From the NCBI GenBank assembly GCA_039545335.1, contig BCIN01000001.1:2043129-2107128 (forward strand): a stretch of DNA of 64,000 nucleotides. The letters run 5' to 3'. The notes under the pieces are model-generated. The model was not told the DNA's origin, ran no database searches, and saw nothing but the letters and a program-made list of their open reading frames with translations. This document shows, one piece after another, positions 1-14,478 of this stretch. Source of the DNA: Kondoa subrosea. Lineage: Eukaryota. A program made the position numbers and the translations under genes. Numbering within the stretch: position 1 is the first letter of the stretch; every line of letters starts with the position of its first letter.

Positions 1-459
1 GATTATCAGTAAGGATATTGTGAATTGAGCTTGTTGTAAGCTGAAATCTCTTTTCTTCTTACAGAGAATATGGTCCTTCACTCGTACGACGTTTCGCCGT
101 GTAGGTCACACTCTTTCTTTGGCTTGCAGCGTACTAATGTAAAGCATAGATTCGGCCAAGCATAAGAGGCGGGAAGTGGCAATGGGGAAGGTGCTTCGGC
201 AGGCATCGAAACAAGGGAAAAGATCTGTATATACTGGACAATACCAAATGGGAACTGCTTCTGTCCAGACCCGTGCTGCGTCGGTGTTCGGCAGATGTTC
301 GATTAATTGCTTTGATAATCTCACGGGTTGATGACTGATCTTGATCCACGACGTGCATCGAAAGCTGCTGACTATACCTTGCGCTGCTGATTATACCTGA
401 GATCTCTATATCCTTCTCAGCTGCTGCTCGTGCAATAGGAAAGGCCAAAACAAAACAGC

Positions 460-2576
460 ATGACTGAGCAATCTGATCTTCAAGTTAACAAGCCAGAGGG
501 TGAACGCAATGCATATTCGATATCGTTGTGCTGAATGTATCCATAACGATGCAGACCTAAGATGGTATCGCAAGGCATCTCCTCTCTTCCTGATTCCTGG
601 GATGTTCTGTATCGCATTGGTTCTCGGTGCTGCTTTCGCCCCACGCCTGGAGGCAAGCTTCGGTTCAGTAGTATGCATACTGGATCTGATAACTTATACT
701 TGCAGATCTACACTCTTCTCGTCTGTCGAGCGCTGCCACGAACGAAAGAAATGATTCCTATGTCAAGTCAACCAAGCTCCTGGGCACCAACTTGGTTGAT
801 CTCTGATGGCTTTGATGCTGAAAGTTGTCGACATGATCCCAGAGTTCAGCAGAGGGTTGCGTTTCTTTCGACATCAATGACTTTGACGATGGGTGTCCTA
901 TCTGCTTTGACCAGTACGGCTTCACCTACAGGGTGCGATCCGACGCTGAAAGTGTGTATTAGCTGGTTACTATGGAGGTCTCTCAGATCGAAGAGGAAGA
1001 ACACCTATCATCGCTCTCGCTCTCTTTGGTATGGCCATCAGCGATACTGTCTTCTTGCTTACGACCAACTATGTCGATATCCTTACTTATCGCTTCTTAC
1101 TGGTTGGGCCGATTGTAGATGGTTGCTTCGGTGGTATCGCTACAGCTCAAGCCGCTATGAATGGATACATCAGTGATTCGTCGCCAGCTGGATCAAGAGC
1201 CCACACATTTAGCATCATTACTGGAGTATTGTTTGCCGGCATTGGTCTAGGTGAGTATGTTGAATGTGCATTGACATTGAGTAACGATTATTGTACAGGA
1301 CCTACGCTCGGTGGGCTCTTGATCAAGTATACCAACAACGTTCTCGCTCCTGTCTACGTCTCTTTGGCGGTCGGACTCAGCTTATGTCTAGGTGTCATCT
1401 TCTTCCTTCCAGAAAGTTTGAGCAAGGAGAGACAAGCAGAATCGCAAGAAAAATATATACTGGAACAAGAACAACTCAAAGAGCAAGCACAAGCAGTCAG
1501 AAGCGCCTCTCCTAAATCATATCTGATCAAATATCGGATCAAGAAGAGTTTTGCTTTCTTACGACCTTTGGCAATGTTCTTACCTCGTAAAGCGGAAGAT
1601 GCTCATCCTGAAGGCGTACATATCGTCAAGCATGAGGAAGGAAGTCAGAAGAGGGAGTGGAGTTTGACGCTCTTGGCTGGTTCTTATGCTATTTATTCCT
1701 CCATGATGGCCATCTATTCCACAAAGATGCTTTATTCGCAATATAAGTTCGGTTTTGGTCCGGTGGAGGTACGTCTCGCACCCTACAATCCCGTTCGATC
1801 TGATTGCTTTGGTGGGTCACGTACAGATGGGTTATGTATTGACATTGGCCGGAGGATCGCGCGTGGTCTTCATGGTCCTTATTCTTCCATTGGTCATTCG
1901 CCTTTGTCGTCGCAATCCGCCTCAAGTGGACAACAAGTCTTCGGATCAAGCAGCTGAAGAAGAAGCAGTTGGTGCTGGCATAGGAGATCAAGAGACATTG
2001 GCCCATGAGATCCACAAATCCAAAGTATTGCATGACTCCCGTAAGTTCTGCAATTTTGGCAGTCGAAAAGAAGTCTGATGAAGTGTTGATAGACTTCGAT
2101 CTCTTCTTGGCGAGGATCTCTATCGCTTGCGATTTCTTGGTCTACGCTGGTCTAGTTTTCAATCAGAACTCGACGCAGTTCTTGGTCCTTACTGCCTTGC
2201 AGGCTTTGGGAGGTGGAGCGTAAATTTGATATTATAATACGTTATGCATCCCGCTGACCTTGATCCTCACAGTGCTCCGGCTATTCAATCTCTTGGTCTA
2301 TCTCTGACCAGTCCGAAGGATAGCGGAAAGCTCTTTGCTGGTCTGAGTGTACTACAAACTTTGATGACTCAGATCATCGGCCCTGTCGGGTTTGGTCTAC
2401 TCTAGTAAGCAATCCCATTACCTACTGTATCTGTGCCTAAAATTCCGTGCAGCGCAACAACTGTGAATCGCTTCGCCGAATCGATCTTCGCTGTTGGATC
2501 AGGCTTATTTGGAATTTCTTTCCTACTGCTGATGTTCATTAGCCTGAGAAGTAGAAAATCTGTACAATTACTCTAG
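460..2576 (+). CDS. Major facilitator superfamily transporter (SLC46/TetA-like), multi-exon
   Basis: Spliced exons give many TM helices; motifs WYRKASPLFLIP, G.LSDRRGR, AAMNGYISDSSPAGSRA, FFLPESL; ATG at 460, stop at 2574-2576. Confidence 0.85.
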
Positions 2577-2664
2577 AGATTCATTGTGTTTGTACATAGG
2601 CATTTGTTGTACGATAATTTCGTGTACATATAGTAACTGCATTGCTTCGCATTAAGATACATGA

Positions 2665-4580
2665 CTAAACTACTGGTGACCCCGTTGCATGCGGAATCAT
2701 GCTTGCCACTATTGTATATTTCGCTGACGAGGTTGGTAATGTATCTGACTTGCTACTACTTGAGGTGTCTGAAGCTTCACTTGAGGTTGTATTGCTCGGT
2801 TTGGCAACTGGTTTCACAAGTCAGTTTCAAGCACATATCCTTCTGGCACTGAGAGTGACTTACTTCCTATTGTGTTTTGCATGAAGTCTAGAGCAAGATA
2901 CAAGTTCTTCAGACCGGCTGCACCAAAGAGATATTGCTTCGATGTCAAACCGAGAGACGTCGGTGCTGCTTGTATACTAGAATAACAGCAAGGAGGATCT
3001 TGACACAGATTGGCGATATTATCTGAAGCAGGAGCGAATCTGCCTGGACTATCAGATGATTGCTTTTTGATGTCAGAACTAATGGCTTACATCACATCGG
3101 CAGAATCAAGTTTGATGAGAGTATTGCCAAAGGTGAAGGTTATGTTGTAATCCGCTTGACAAGGCAGAAGCGATCCGTTTTGAGTATCGAAATAAGCGCC
3201 TTCAGTTGTACTGAATAAGTTGATGATATCCTCCGTGGGCGCCATGATCAAAGCTGTGCGAGTATCGAAGATCGCTGAGCGACTGCCTTCGCTGTCTTTT
3301 CTATTCACAGAGACTACTGAAATAGGAGCTTCCCAAAACCCGTCCTTGTTGATGTTCCGCTGCAGTTCGAGCTCGCCTTCGAAACGATCTGGGTTGACAC
3401 CGCCAAATGAAACTTCGCCTGTGTTACTATTGTCTGATGATCGACCGAGATGAACAGCTACTTGTGCGAAAGGTATAGCATTGGCTTCCGACATCCGTAT
3501 AACGGGAGATTTGATATTCTGTAGCGATATAGATGGGCGAGCATTAGAATTAGCCAAACCAAGAATACCAGAAAAAGGGCTGAGTAGATACGAAGCGTTT
3601 TGAGCAAAATTCGATGGCTATCGGTGGGTACTGACAGACGATCATCACCCAAGTCAATTGTAACAGCTTCTGCGATGCCAAATTGTAGATCCGGCAAACT
3701 CAAGCTTGAGGCGAAAGAGACAATATCGGAGCACAAGGATCCGCTGGCGCGACCAGTATTTGCTGACGCATCAAGTGCCGCCGAGTAATCGGTTGACCAT
3801 GATTTCGCATCTTGCTTGAAAGTTGAGCTTTTACTTGGTCCCAAGCGGGGATGATTGCCACAACCAGCGCATGTTTCGGACTATCGTGGAAATTCTCATT
3901 TTGATCTTAAAGACAGGTTTCTCAGCTTACCATCAACCACATGTCAGCGCTCGCTGTATCAATCTGCAGCGAGAATTCATGAGGCGGAGTACCAGCTTGG
4001 ATCGACATGAAATAGCCAAAATCCAGAGCTTCCGTTTCATCCACATCGGCCCATATCGATAGTCCAGCCACGTTTGAATCTGCTGTTCTCCCTGGTATGC
4101 TTGTGGCTGAAGCTAAGGCCAAAGCTTGATTGAAAGGAGCTTGACCTTGCGATAAAGGTTGATTAAGAGCGGCACTGGACGGAGACGGTGTTGCGTTGTC
4201 GGGACAAGGCTATCCAGGATTAGAGTCAGATCTGAATGTTCAGAAGTCATCGAACGTACTTTACTCGAGGTTGCCATCATGGCAGCAGATTCCGTGGCCT
4301 CAGACTTCCGCTCTATGCAATCCTGATTGTCCGGACATGACCGCTTGAGCTTTCTTTGCCCATGATAGAAATTGCGTTTACCCAGCCTTGCTTCAGCATG
4401 ACTTATATGATGCTTAATCTGCTGATTTCGACTAGAGGACACGTTTTCTCGCAGGACAACGGTTGATTTGGCTCTTCCGAAAAGAGGTAATGCTGGTTCT
4501 GCCGATTTGAAGGAGGATGGCAGAGCATGAGAGCGCTCAAAACTGCACAAAAAGAGCAAGAGTGGCTCATATAAAAGCAT
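2665..4580 (-). CDS. Secreted pepsin-like (A1) aspartic protease homologue with degenerate catalytic motifs
   Basis: Signal peptide MLLYEPLLLFLC; YFMSIQAGTPPHEFSLQIDTASAD; GEVSFGGVNPDRFEG; GFWE; AIFDTRTALI; KNLYLALD; Ser/Thr-rich tail. Confidence 0.85.
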
Positions 4581-4953
4581 AGCTTCGCTCGTTGATGGAT
4601 GAGCAGCAAGAATGGACAGTATAGAGTATACGTTTCCGAGGTTTTGCGAGGAGAAGAAGACGAGAACAAAGGGAGCATGACAGCTGTTTGCTTTCGCGAA
4701 CTTCAAAGAAGTTCAAACGCTCTTCGAGGATCGTGTGCAGCCTGAACAACTCAATAGCAGCGAGACAGAATCCATTTGACGAAGCCATTGGTAATAGTCT
4801 TGCGGTGAATGATCAAAGGCCCTGGTGAATAGAAATCACAGCAATGTATAGCAGAGATGCGCAGACTGGATCAGCATGATTGCGATGGATTGGGTCCGAG
4901 TCGTTGATTGATGCTAACTACCTCTTGCACCAGAACGGTCAGATGTAATACCC

Positions 4954-7900
4954 ATGTCGCGTTTGGTATCCTCGCTGCTACCGCCAGACAGTCTGTACGC
5001 ATCGTTGGATCGCAAAGATGAAGCGATGTCTTTGTCGCCGACATCTCGCGGAAGTGCTTTGTCGCAATCTCACAGATCTCCCTTTCTGGACGAGCCGAAT
5101 AAGACGGGGCATGCAGATGATGATGATGCTAATGAAGGTCTGGCATTCGCAAGACCTGTCGTACAAGAGCCTGCAGCAGAAACGGGTGACCGCACAGATG
5201 GGGAGCAAGACACGGATGCACCTCCAGCTAGTATCATGTTTGACCAAGCGGAACCTATGTCTCCTCCTGCATTGAGTAGAGGTCGGCCTGCTTCAAATCA
5301 ATTTCGAGCTCGCTTCGCACCAGAACCAATCAAACTACCTGAAGACCCTTTCCCTTCACCTGGCTCACCTACTTCTTCTCGCTCTACTTCTCCACCTCCA
5401 GACTATATCCGCTCTTCTCCTCTTTCGCCGCAGATGCATAATAGAATGTTAGCTTCTTCTCGCGTAACTGTAGCTAGTCGCATCGATAAAGGCAAAGCGC
5501 GCGCTTATGATTCACCATCTGCTGCTTCTCCTGCTCTCAAACCTCCATCTCGGACGTCTGTAGCCAGGGACGAAGCAGCTAATCAATATCAAGCCAATGA
5601 ACCTGGCTTGCGACTTGGTAGTGCTCGAGCTTGGAACAACAACACGCCGACGGCGAGAAGAAACGCGTCTGAAGCACCTGATCTGAGCAGAAGGGAAAGA
5701 GCCTTGTGGAAATGGGTCAATGTCGTTGATTTGGATAGCTTTCTTACTGAAGTTGGTCACTTTTGTTATGCTTCGCTGCTGATCTCACTGTGAGCCACAA
5801 TTAGGTATACATCTACTATGTTGGCAAGGGCATCTGGTGTATAGCACTTGAGCGGCTTCTTAATCTTCTGTTAGTGCATGCTCGCACAATACTGAGAATG
5901 CCTTTCACAATACTATAGCACAGTCGGATTCGTTATTTGCTTTTCTGTCTTCCTCATCGGCTGTATCGACTATCCGAATATTCGCTCAAAGCATACTTTG
6001 GCTGATGCTTTGGTCGATCGCTGTATATCTCGCTTCCATCCTACCACTCTTCTCTTCGTTCTTCTGTTTGGAGCAGCATATGCTTGGCGAGTGGTGCAAT
6101 TCGGCAAGCTTGTGGGCAGACTATGGGAAATGCACGAGTTCTTCGAAGAATTGCTTGATGTGCCAGAAGTACGAGACAGTTTCGACTTTTGAGCTTCAGC
6201 TCACCGTTTCAATCTGTCATCGTACAGGCTGACGTACAGACTATACCCTGGCATGAAATAGTCAACCGTGTTTCCAGCTTAAGAGAAGAACATCCTTCTG
6301 CCATGTCTATGCAGATGAACGAGCAGGCTAGTTTTAAGGCAGCTACCATCGTTAGTTAATACGTGCTATCCTTCTCATTCTCTAACGTTCTGTTCGCAGA
6401 AACCGCTCGATGCTCATGATGTAGCGAATCGAGTTATGCGGGAAACGAACTACATGATCGCCCTGTTCAATCGGGAGGTTCTCAATCTCGATGTACCATT
6501 GCCCGAATCTTTTGGCAATCTACTTCCATTTCTAAAAGGCGGCCAATTGACCAAGTCGCTGGAGTGGAACCTACGCTTCTGCCTGATGAAATTCCTCTTC
6601 GGTCCAGATGGAAAAGTGCGAACTATTTTTGTGTCTAGCCTAAAGCGTCGAGAATTAGTTGAAGGGTAAGTTCTCGTGCTCATCCTCTTACGTCGGGTTC
6701 TCACGTAAGTGCAGGCTAAAGCGAAGATTCTTGCTTATGGGCTTCATCAATGCTGCTTTTGCGCCTTTCATTGTCATATACCTACTCATGTATTCTTTCT
6801 TTCGGTACTTCGAGGTGCGTATGATTCGCTCGAAGAGGCATATCCTCCTAGTCTCATATCTTGGAATCCACAGGAATATCACAAGAACCCGTCATCAATA
6901 GGCAGTCGAGCTTTCACTGAACTTGCAAGGTGGAAGTTTCGCGAATACAACGAGCTCCCGCACGTATACAAGCAGCGTTTGGATCTGGCTCACTCCCTCT
7001 CGCAAACCTACCTCGATCAATTTCCCAAAGCTAAGACGGCGATGCTTTCTCGGTATGTCTTTTTCCTGTCCCGATAAGTGCGATCTGAGTAGTCGCAATC
7101 AGATTCGTCGCTTTCATTGCTGGATCTTTCGCTTCAGTCTTGATTCTCTTCTCGATACTTGATCCCGATGCATTCCTGCATTTCGAGGTCACAGCTGATC
7201 GATCTGTGCTCTTCTACATTGGGGTCTTTGGTACTGTTCTAGCCGTGGCAAGAGGAATGGTACCGGAAGAACATCGTGTCATGGATCCCACTCGGTTGAT
7301 GCAAGAGATTATCGAGCACACGCACTATTGTCCAGAAGATTGGAAAGGTCGCCTACACTCTACAGAAGTGTGTCACCGGTATATATCACTCTGTCTTGGC
7401 TGAATTCGGGGTTATAGGTTCATGCTGCTTTTGGCAAACTGTTTCAAACCAAAATTACCTCCTTCTTCGTCGAAGTCTTTTCCGTTATCACGACTCCTTT
7501 CGTATTATGGTACTCTCTGCCTGAATGTGCTCCTGCTATCATCGATTTCTTTCGCGAATCAACTGTACATGTTGATGGTTTGGGCCATGTGTGTTCCTTT
7601 GGCGTATTCGATTTCAAACGTCCTAGTGGTGGTAGTGTAAGTCTAGTCATTATTATTTAGTGCTTGGATCTTATTTATCCATCAGGTTGCGCCAAATTTA
7701 CAACTTCGCGTCACCAGTACTGACAATAAGATGGAGAAGAGCCTGCTCAACTTCAAGTCACATCATCCTGACTGGCAGGTAAGTAGCTGTCCTAGGTATT
7801 TCATCTTAATCTAAGTCCACCTGCAGCCACGGGACGAGACAACATCTCTCTATTTGTCGAATCTACAGTCGCAAATGCCAGCAGCTTTCGGTTCTTCCGC

Positions 7901-8234
7901 TGGCCGGCGTTCTACTCGATTGATGAATCCAGCTATGGCGTCGACAATGCTTATAGCGGAAGAAACGGAAGCTCAACTTCGAGCGCAAAGGGCACAACAG
8001 TATGAAAGAGCATTCAACAGAGCTGCAGGTCCAGCTTCTTCTGTTGGCGGAACAAGTCGATATTCAAGTACTAGTCGCGCTCCGCGACCAGACGATATTG
8101 TGGAAGAAGACTCTTATCTAGATGAAGGTATTTATGAAGGAGAATCGAACAATCAGCAGCCTTTCAGAAGCCCAGAAACGCTGGGCGGATTAATCAGTGA
8201 GGCGTACAAGACGACCTCGAACAAGGGCTGGTAG
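4954..8234 (+). CDS. ATG9: Autophagy protein Atg9 (lipid scramblase)
   Basis: [82 protein letters not shown] across exons. Confidence 0.95.
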
Positions 8235-8300
8235 CATATAATTCCCAATGTACATATCCTGTATAACTTAATCCCTGTTGTAGCACTTCATATACATGTA

Positions 8301-10484
8301 TCATTCAAATTTCTCCTGCGTAGCTGTCTTCATCGGGTCGAATGAGGTCTGTATCGAGATCAGACATGATCTGAATAGGTTCATGACACTTACACTCTGT
8401 GCTTGAGCTTGTTCTACGCTTCGCAGCGGTCCTTCAAACCAATTCTTCGCCCAAAAGAACCATGATCCAAAGACCGCCAACAACACAATGCCGACGCAAA
8501 CCGGTCTATGGAAGGTCCATTAACATCGATCAAGTAGTATCATATCCCTTCTGGACGTACGTATAGTTAAGGGTTTGTGAAGAGACCGGTGTCGCATTCG
8601 GTAAGCAAAATACGATCGTGATGAAGGCGACATATATTGTCGCAAGCGCAGATACTGGTCTTGAGAATCGACCTAAATTGAAAGGGCCCTTTTGTGATAT
8701 GAAGCGTTGATGGCTGAAAGTTATATCAGATCAGAAGCTGACACCTACTTTTTGGCTCACTAGACTCCTCCTAAAGTGATTGGACTGTACAAATCTTCAG
8801 CCATATGAAGAAAGGTAGTATAAGGTGTAGACCCACATAACATAGCTCATGTACAGTCCGATCGTGGCTATCGAAGTTGCAGCGGCATATGCAACTGAAC
8901 TCCCAAGTGACGGGAGAGCCAAAACAAAAGCTAGGAAAGCCATGAGCAGAAGCGTTCTGAAAGGCGTTCCATTCTTCGTTACGCCTTGGAAGAAACCAGG
9001 AAGGGCTCCATCACGAGCGAAAGCAAATGCCATTCGGGAATTGGAAGTCAGACTGAAGAGGCCACAGAAATCTGATTACGTTGATCAGCTGAAACTGGTT
9101 ATAGTCGCAGAGGAACGCACAAATGCAAGTCAACGCGATCGAGAATAATGCTACCGCTTTATCGGGACCGAATATGTCAACCATGATCTGTAGGATAGGC
9201 TGTCCATACTCCGAGGCCACTGTACGATCGAAATCTTGTATGCTGTACAACTGCGGCGACTAAATTTGGCGTGCGCAAATTATGACTATGAAAAAAGCTT
9301 ACCATGCATAGAAGATAGTAGAATCCAAAGATAGCACTGATGACGACAGAGGATATGACTCCGATAGGTGCGTTTCTTGCTGCGTTTGACGTTTCTTCCT
9401 GTTTAGAGAGCAAGTCTGACTAAGGGAAAACTTCGAAATGATTCTGCTACACGTACACTTAAGTGCGCTGATGCATCAAAACCTGTTATCGTGAACTGAG
9501 AGAGCAGAATTCCAACCACGCAAACGTAGGCCGGCGAGGCTCGCTTTCCAAGTCATCAGAAACAATATCTGGACAGAAATTCGAAATAGACCTACTTCTG
9601 CCCAGCCTGTACCGTCGTAGAAGAAGCCCCAGACTTCAGCATTCGTACGATGTGTAGGAGCAGCGGCCACAACAGCAGTGGCGACTGAGAATACGCCGCA
9701 GCTGTGCATAATGATCGAAATATTGTTTAGATACTTCAAGACCTTGATCCCCAAAGAGATGATGGCAATGTGGGAGACAAGAATAGCAGCATAGATGCCT
9801 AGAGTTTTGCCTGGAGTAGGTACAAAGCCAGGATTTTGAACAGTGATGATGGTGGAGATCAATCCAGCTGATCAGACCACATAAGTGTTTGCTTCCAAGT
9901 GCGCAAGCGAGATCTTGTTATACCTAAACCAAAGGTGATGCCTGTCGTGACTGCAAATTGGCCAACGAAATTGAACCTTGGTATGGTCATTAGACCCATT
10001 AGCTTAAATTATTAGTGAAATATCACTACCAGCCCGTAACCCATGCCCAAAGAGGACTTTGATGGCGTGGTGCTAAAAGTGCTGCCCCTAGACATCAGAC
10101 TATATTAGCATTCGTAGACTGACAAAAGCTTAACGCCCTACAGAAATAAGGACCGCCTGCGTTTGGATGAGCACTCGTAACTTCAGCCATTCCAAGTGCC
10201 ACCCCCAGTATCGTAAGGATCGAAACGATAATCCATCCGATCAGCATAGTTGCCGGTCCACCAGTGTTTAGACCATAGCTGAATAATGTCGACAGACCAC
10301 TGTACATGCGGTTTCGACAAGGCTCAGGCGATGAAATGGGAGGAACTCAAGTGATCACGGATATGATAGAGAAGCTGCTACCAAAGTTCTGCAACAAGCT
10401 CCATTCGCGGTTCAATTCTTGTTTATAACCATTTTGCTGCAAGTAGAGCTCGTCCTGTTGATCTTTCTCTGTTTGATCTTTCAT
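8301..10484 (-). CDS. APC-family amino acid/polyamine (GABA/choline-type) permease
   Basis: GYKQELNREWSLLQNFG, GLNTGGPA, MAEVTSAHPNAGGPY, GFDASAHL.EET, FAFARDGALP, FNLGRFS, WFEGP. Confidence 0.9.
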
Positions 10485-10924
10485 CTTGAAGCGATGCGGG
10501 GAAACACTCCAAAGCTTTATCAGACGCCGGACGACAGTTCAAGAGAGTGATCTGAGTCCTTCCAAGCAATAGGCGCACAGCGGCGGTATGTGGAAGAGCA
10601 GAGATAAGCAAAAGCGGGAAATTATATGCGCGCGGGTCTCGATCATTCTTTTGCCCAGAATGTCTCAAAAGGCAGCCTAGACGCGCAGACTAGAGCCAAC
10701 TGCACGGAGCAAAGAGATTTGAAGTGAAGAGGCTGAAGATGCGTGAGCACATAGTGTATCAGTGTGCATTATGCAATAAGAAAAGAGAGTTTTGGTAGGA
10801 AAGCAGGGAAGGCAGGTGTATAGCAGCATGTAGGTCGCGCGAGACTTGTTGTGTCGTGTATGGACGCGACTTGGCAGTAATCGTTCGCTAATGAAAAGCA
10901 CTCTTCCTAAAACCATGATATAGC

Positions 10925-13315
10925 ATGCAGACACCACAGGGTCAAGTCCCGCTGAGCACACCGCTCTCTGCGACGCCTGCTCGTATGGGAGCCCTCTCTC
11001 CAAGCACTCTGAGTACACCAGGTCGAAATACTGCTTTGGCACTTCGAGTTTCCAAGATTCTGTCGAGCAGCTACAAAGATGAAGAGACTTGCGCTGCGTT
11101 AGATCAATTGGCGCAATTTGACTTGACTGATCTGGCTGAAGCGAGAGTTGCTGGAACGAGTCTTGTAGGATCTACAGCTGGAGCCAATCTCAAGCGACAG
11201 GCCGAGCTGCGAATGGCCGACAGCGCTAGAGCTTTCTTGGTAGCTTTCACTCAAGTCAATTCGGTGAGCAAGTAATGCCAAGTCATAAGATGTAAGCTGA
11301 GGACATGTTACAGAAACTGGATGAATTGCAAGGACAGCTTCAATCAATGCATGTCTGCTGTGATGAGGTTCAAGGCAAGCTCCAGCTAGCAAATAGTAGT
11401 ACGAAGCATTTGTTGGAGCACGCAGAAGGTCTAAGACAGCAAAGGTGAAATGGCGAATGCTTACGAAAGCCCAAACAAGCTCATTATATGTACAGAGCTA
11501 CAACTCAAGTTAAACAGACTGTCATCTCCTCTTTCCTTTCTCGTTTCTCGCTCACTCAACCTGAACTCACTTCTCTTACTTCACCTTCTTCGCCTCTCGG
11601 TCCAGAAATGTTTGCAGCAATGGACAAAATTTACCGCATCAGAACAGATTGCCAAGTCCTCCTGTCCGATTCTTCATCTAAAACAGAAGCAGAAGGCCAA
11701 CGCGATAGAACGAAAGCAGGAATGCAAATCATGGAAGCTACTTCCAATCATCTTGAAGCGGGTTATCGAAAGATGCATAAATGGGCTATCTTCAATGTTC
11801 GAGGCTACACAAGATTGGAGGTTGAAGTTTCGCCTACAATGAAGCAAGTCATTCAGCGGTTGAAAGCGAGAGAAGATTTACTCAAAGAAGTCTTGGATCA
11901 ATTAGCTACAACTAGATCATCTTCTGTTCTTGCTCAGTTCTTGGAAGCGTTAACTAGAGGCGGTCCATCTGGTCTACCAAGGCCTATTGAATTACATGCG
12001 CATGACCCAATTCGCTATGTTGGAGATATGCTTGCTTGGGTTCATCAAACCATGGCTGGAGAAAGAGAGTTTCTGGAAAGCTTGTTCAGCATGAAAGATG
12101 ATGGTCGATTACCTGGATCTGTTCGACCTGTTTATAAACCTCCGGAAAAGAATGCGGTAGAGAAACAAGAAGATGAAGGTCGAGTACGAGCTTTGATGGA
12201 TAAGAACTTGGAAGGCGCTGGTCGACCTCTCAAATTACGTATACAGCAATGTATCAGATCACAAGAAGGAAGTTTGCTCGCCTATAAGATTAGCAATCTC
12301 GTCTCGTTTTATCGTCTCACGATTGAAAGGACAATAGGAAGAGATGCACTCATGTCCAGTGTCCTCACTGAAATAGCGAATGCATCAACAGAAGCTTTCT
12401 TCACTATTCTCGATACGAATGGTCGTTCACTACTAAGATTTATTCAACCACCTCCATCTGATCTTTCTGCTCCATTGATGCTCAGAGACGCACTTTCGAC
12501 ACTCAAAGATATAATGGAAGTATATCGTAATGCTGCACTGGACGAATCGGATAAAGTAGGCGGAGCAGAAACCTTTGAAGAAGTTCTGGACAGAGCTTTG
12601 GATCCTGCTTTGACTATGTGCGAACGGATGGCAGAACTCAGGCAGAATCAATGGGACCGAGATGTCTTTAATGCTAATTGCTTGGGTTTCGTCAAGGTAC
12701 GAACAGGCCGATTCTTTGTTGCAAGGTGTTTGCTGAACAGGGATCGTTCGAACAGGCTACACTTGAGTCGTACGAGACTTTCACTGCTGCAAGAATAGAA
12801 GAGGTACAAAAAGCTGAAGGCAAACATATTGAGAGCTTGATATCAGAACATGTGGGTGTGGAACCCTGCTGAGTTGTCTCATAACTGAATATATTACCAC
12901 GACCTACAGTATCAATCCATCTTGAAGGAGTCTGGCTTAAAGTCTATAGCAGATGCTGTCGATGAGCGCTCTAACGATGTGAGTCTCGCCTCAGGGTTCA
13001 GATATCACGGACTCATCTCGCTTGCAGACACCTTTGTCGCGAGTACCCGCAGCTTCGGCGACAGCATTATCTCAAGCTCTTCGGACTTTCGACAACTACC
13101 TCGCAACTTCGGTCTTGCATGCTGCACCTAGACTGGCGTTACTCAGTTCACCTCGAATGGCCAATCATATCCAGCAAGAAGCGCTTAAGCGACTCAGTGC
13201 AGCTTATGGACGGATTTACGATAGTGTGATGAGTCCGGCATCGGGTTACGAATTCTCGGTGACTCGAATGAGAAGGGTCAAGGAAGACGTAGCTACTCTA
13301 CTTGGCGTGCAATGA
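10925..13315 (+). CDS. COG6: Conserved oligomeric Golgi complex subunit 6
   Basis: FLEALTRGGPSGLPRPIELHAHDPIRYVGDMLAWVHQ signature; C-terminal VATLLG. Confidence 0.95.
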
Positions 13316-13381
13316 AACGAATGAGAAGTACAAAGACTAAGTGTATATAATTACATAGAATCGCATGCGTGGCTGGGTCTA

Positions 13382-14394
13382 TCATTTCTCTAGATCTTCG
13401 TCTGCGGCGCCAATGCTGAAAAGACTTTCCCCTTCTTCGCCTTCCTCCTCCTCTTCGTCGTCCCAAACATTACTCATATTCCTACCATGACCTTTCCTCC
13501 TCGCTGACGATTCCAATCTTTCTTCCATCTCTGGTTCTTCCCGAACAATTTCCAAAACGGCATCATCTTGTTCTGCGTCACTTAGCGGTTGATACAGTTT
13601 GGCCAGTTCTCTTTTATGTCGTAGTATTCGAGCTGCATGTCGAGCTATGAGTAAGCCTACTGTCGAGCCAGCCAAATTTGCAAGAACATCGCCATATTGA
13701 AATGTTTTGTACGGCAGCATGGATTGAATGACTTCGCTTAACAATCCTCCAACTGTTCAAAAGAACAAAGTTATTAGTATTTGAGCGGTGTAAGATCATC
13801 AAATGATCAGGAGAGCAAGTAATCAGAACGAACGGAAGAAACATATTATGAGTGTTAACCCTTCTGGTAGATTCCGCCAGAGGAAAACTCTTCTCGCTTG
13901 ATCGTCAACTTCCCATATCTGAGTTCAGACCAGTAGTTATTAGCCCAGTTCGAAAAGATATGACAGGACTGACTGAGTAAAAGAAAGCTGTCGCTGTCCC
14001 CAGTCCCAAGAAATGCTGTATTTTATCATTGACCTGTGGCCCGCTTAATTTCAGCAGACGTACATTTGTGTTGTTCTAGAGAGTAAGAAGGGACGTACAC
14101 CTAGCCTGCCTGAGAGATTCGGATGAAACCCCAGAATTGCCAGTGGTAAGAAAGTAAGGAGACAGAGCAACAAGAAGGAAGGTCTGAGTCGAATAGGAAG
14201 ATGAGTAAGGAAAGACTGAGGTGTAGGTGAAGGAATAGGAATAGTATATAAGACGAGTCTCGCTACCTAAGAATGTCGAGGCGCGCGAATGTCAACTCAA
14301 ATCAAACTCGAGAGAGGAGCGAAGAACGGACTAATCGTCTTGCTCTGTATGCCTGCGTTGGTCTGTGATCCCTCGGTAGTCTGACGCGAGCCAT
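13382..14394 (-). CDS. VanZ-like small membrane protein
   Basis: PIRLRPSF, LGFHP, NDKIQHFLG, SEVIQSMLPYKTFQYGDVLANLAGS motifs; acidic C-terminal tail. Confidence 0.8.
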
Positions 14395-14478
14395 TTAGAG
14401 TCGGAAGGTTGTTGGAGAGCAACAAGCACTACCGAATTCTCAAGACTAGCTAGATCAAGGGCTGAGGCACACTTCAAG

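Noticed and set aside
1..450. Minus-strand gene running off the window start
   Set aside because: Short ORFs with no recognisable motif, and no convincing splice model from the fragment
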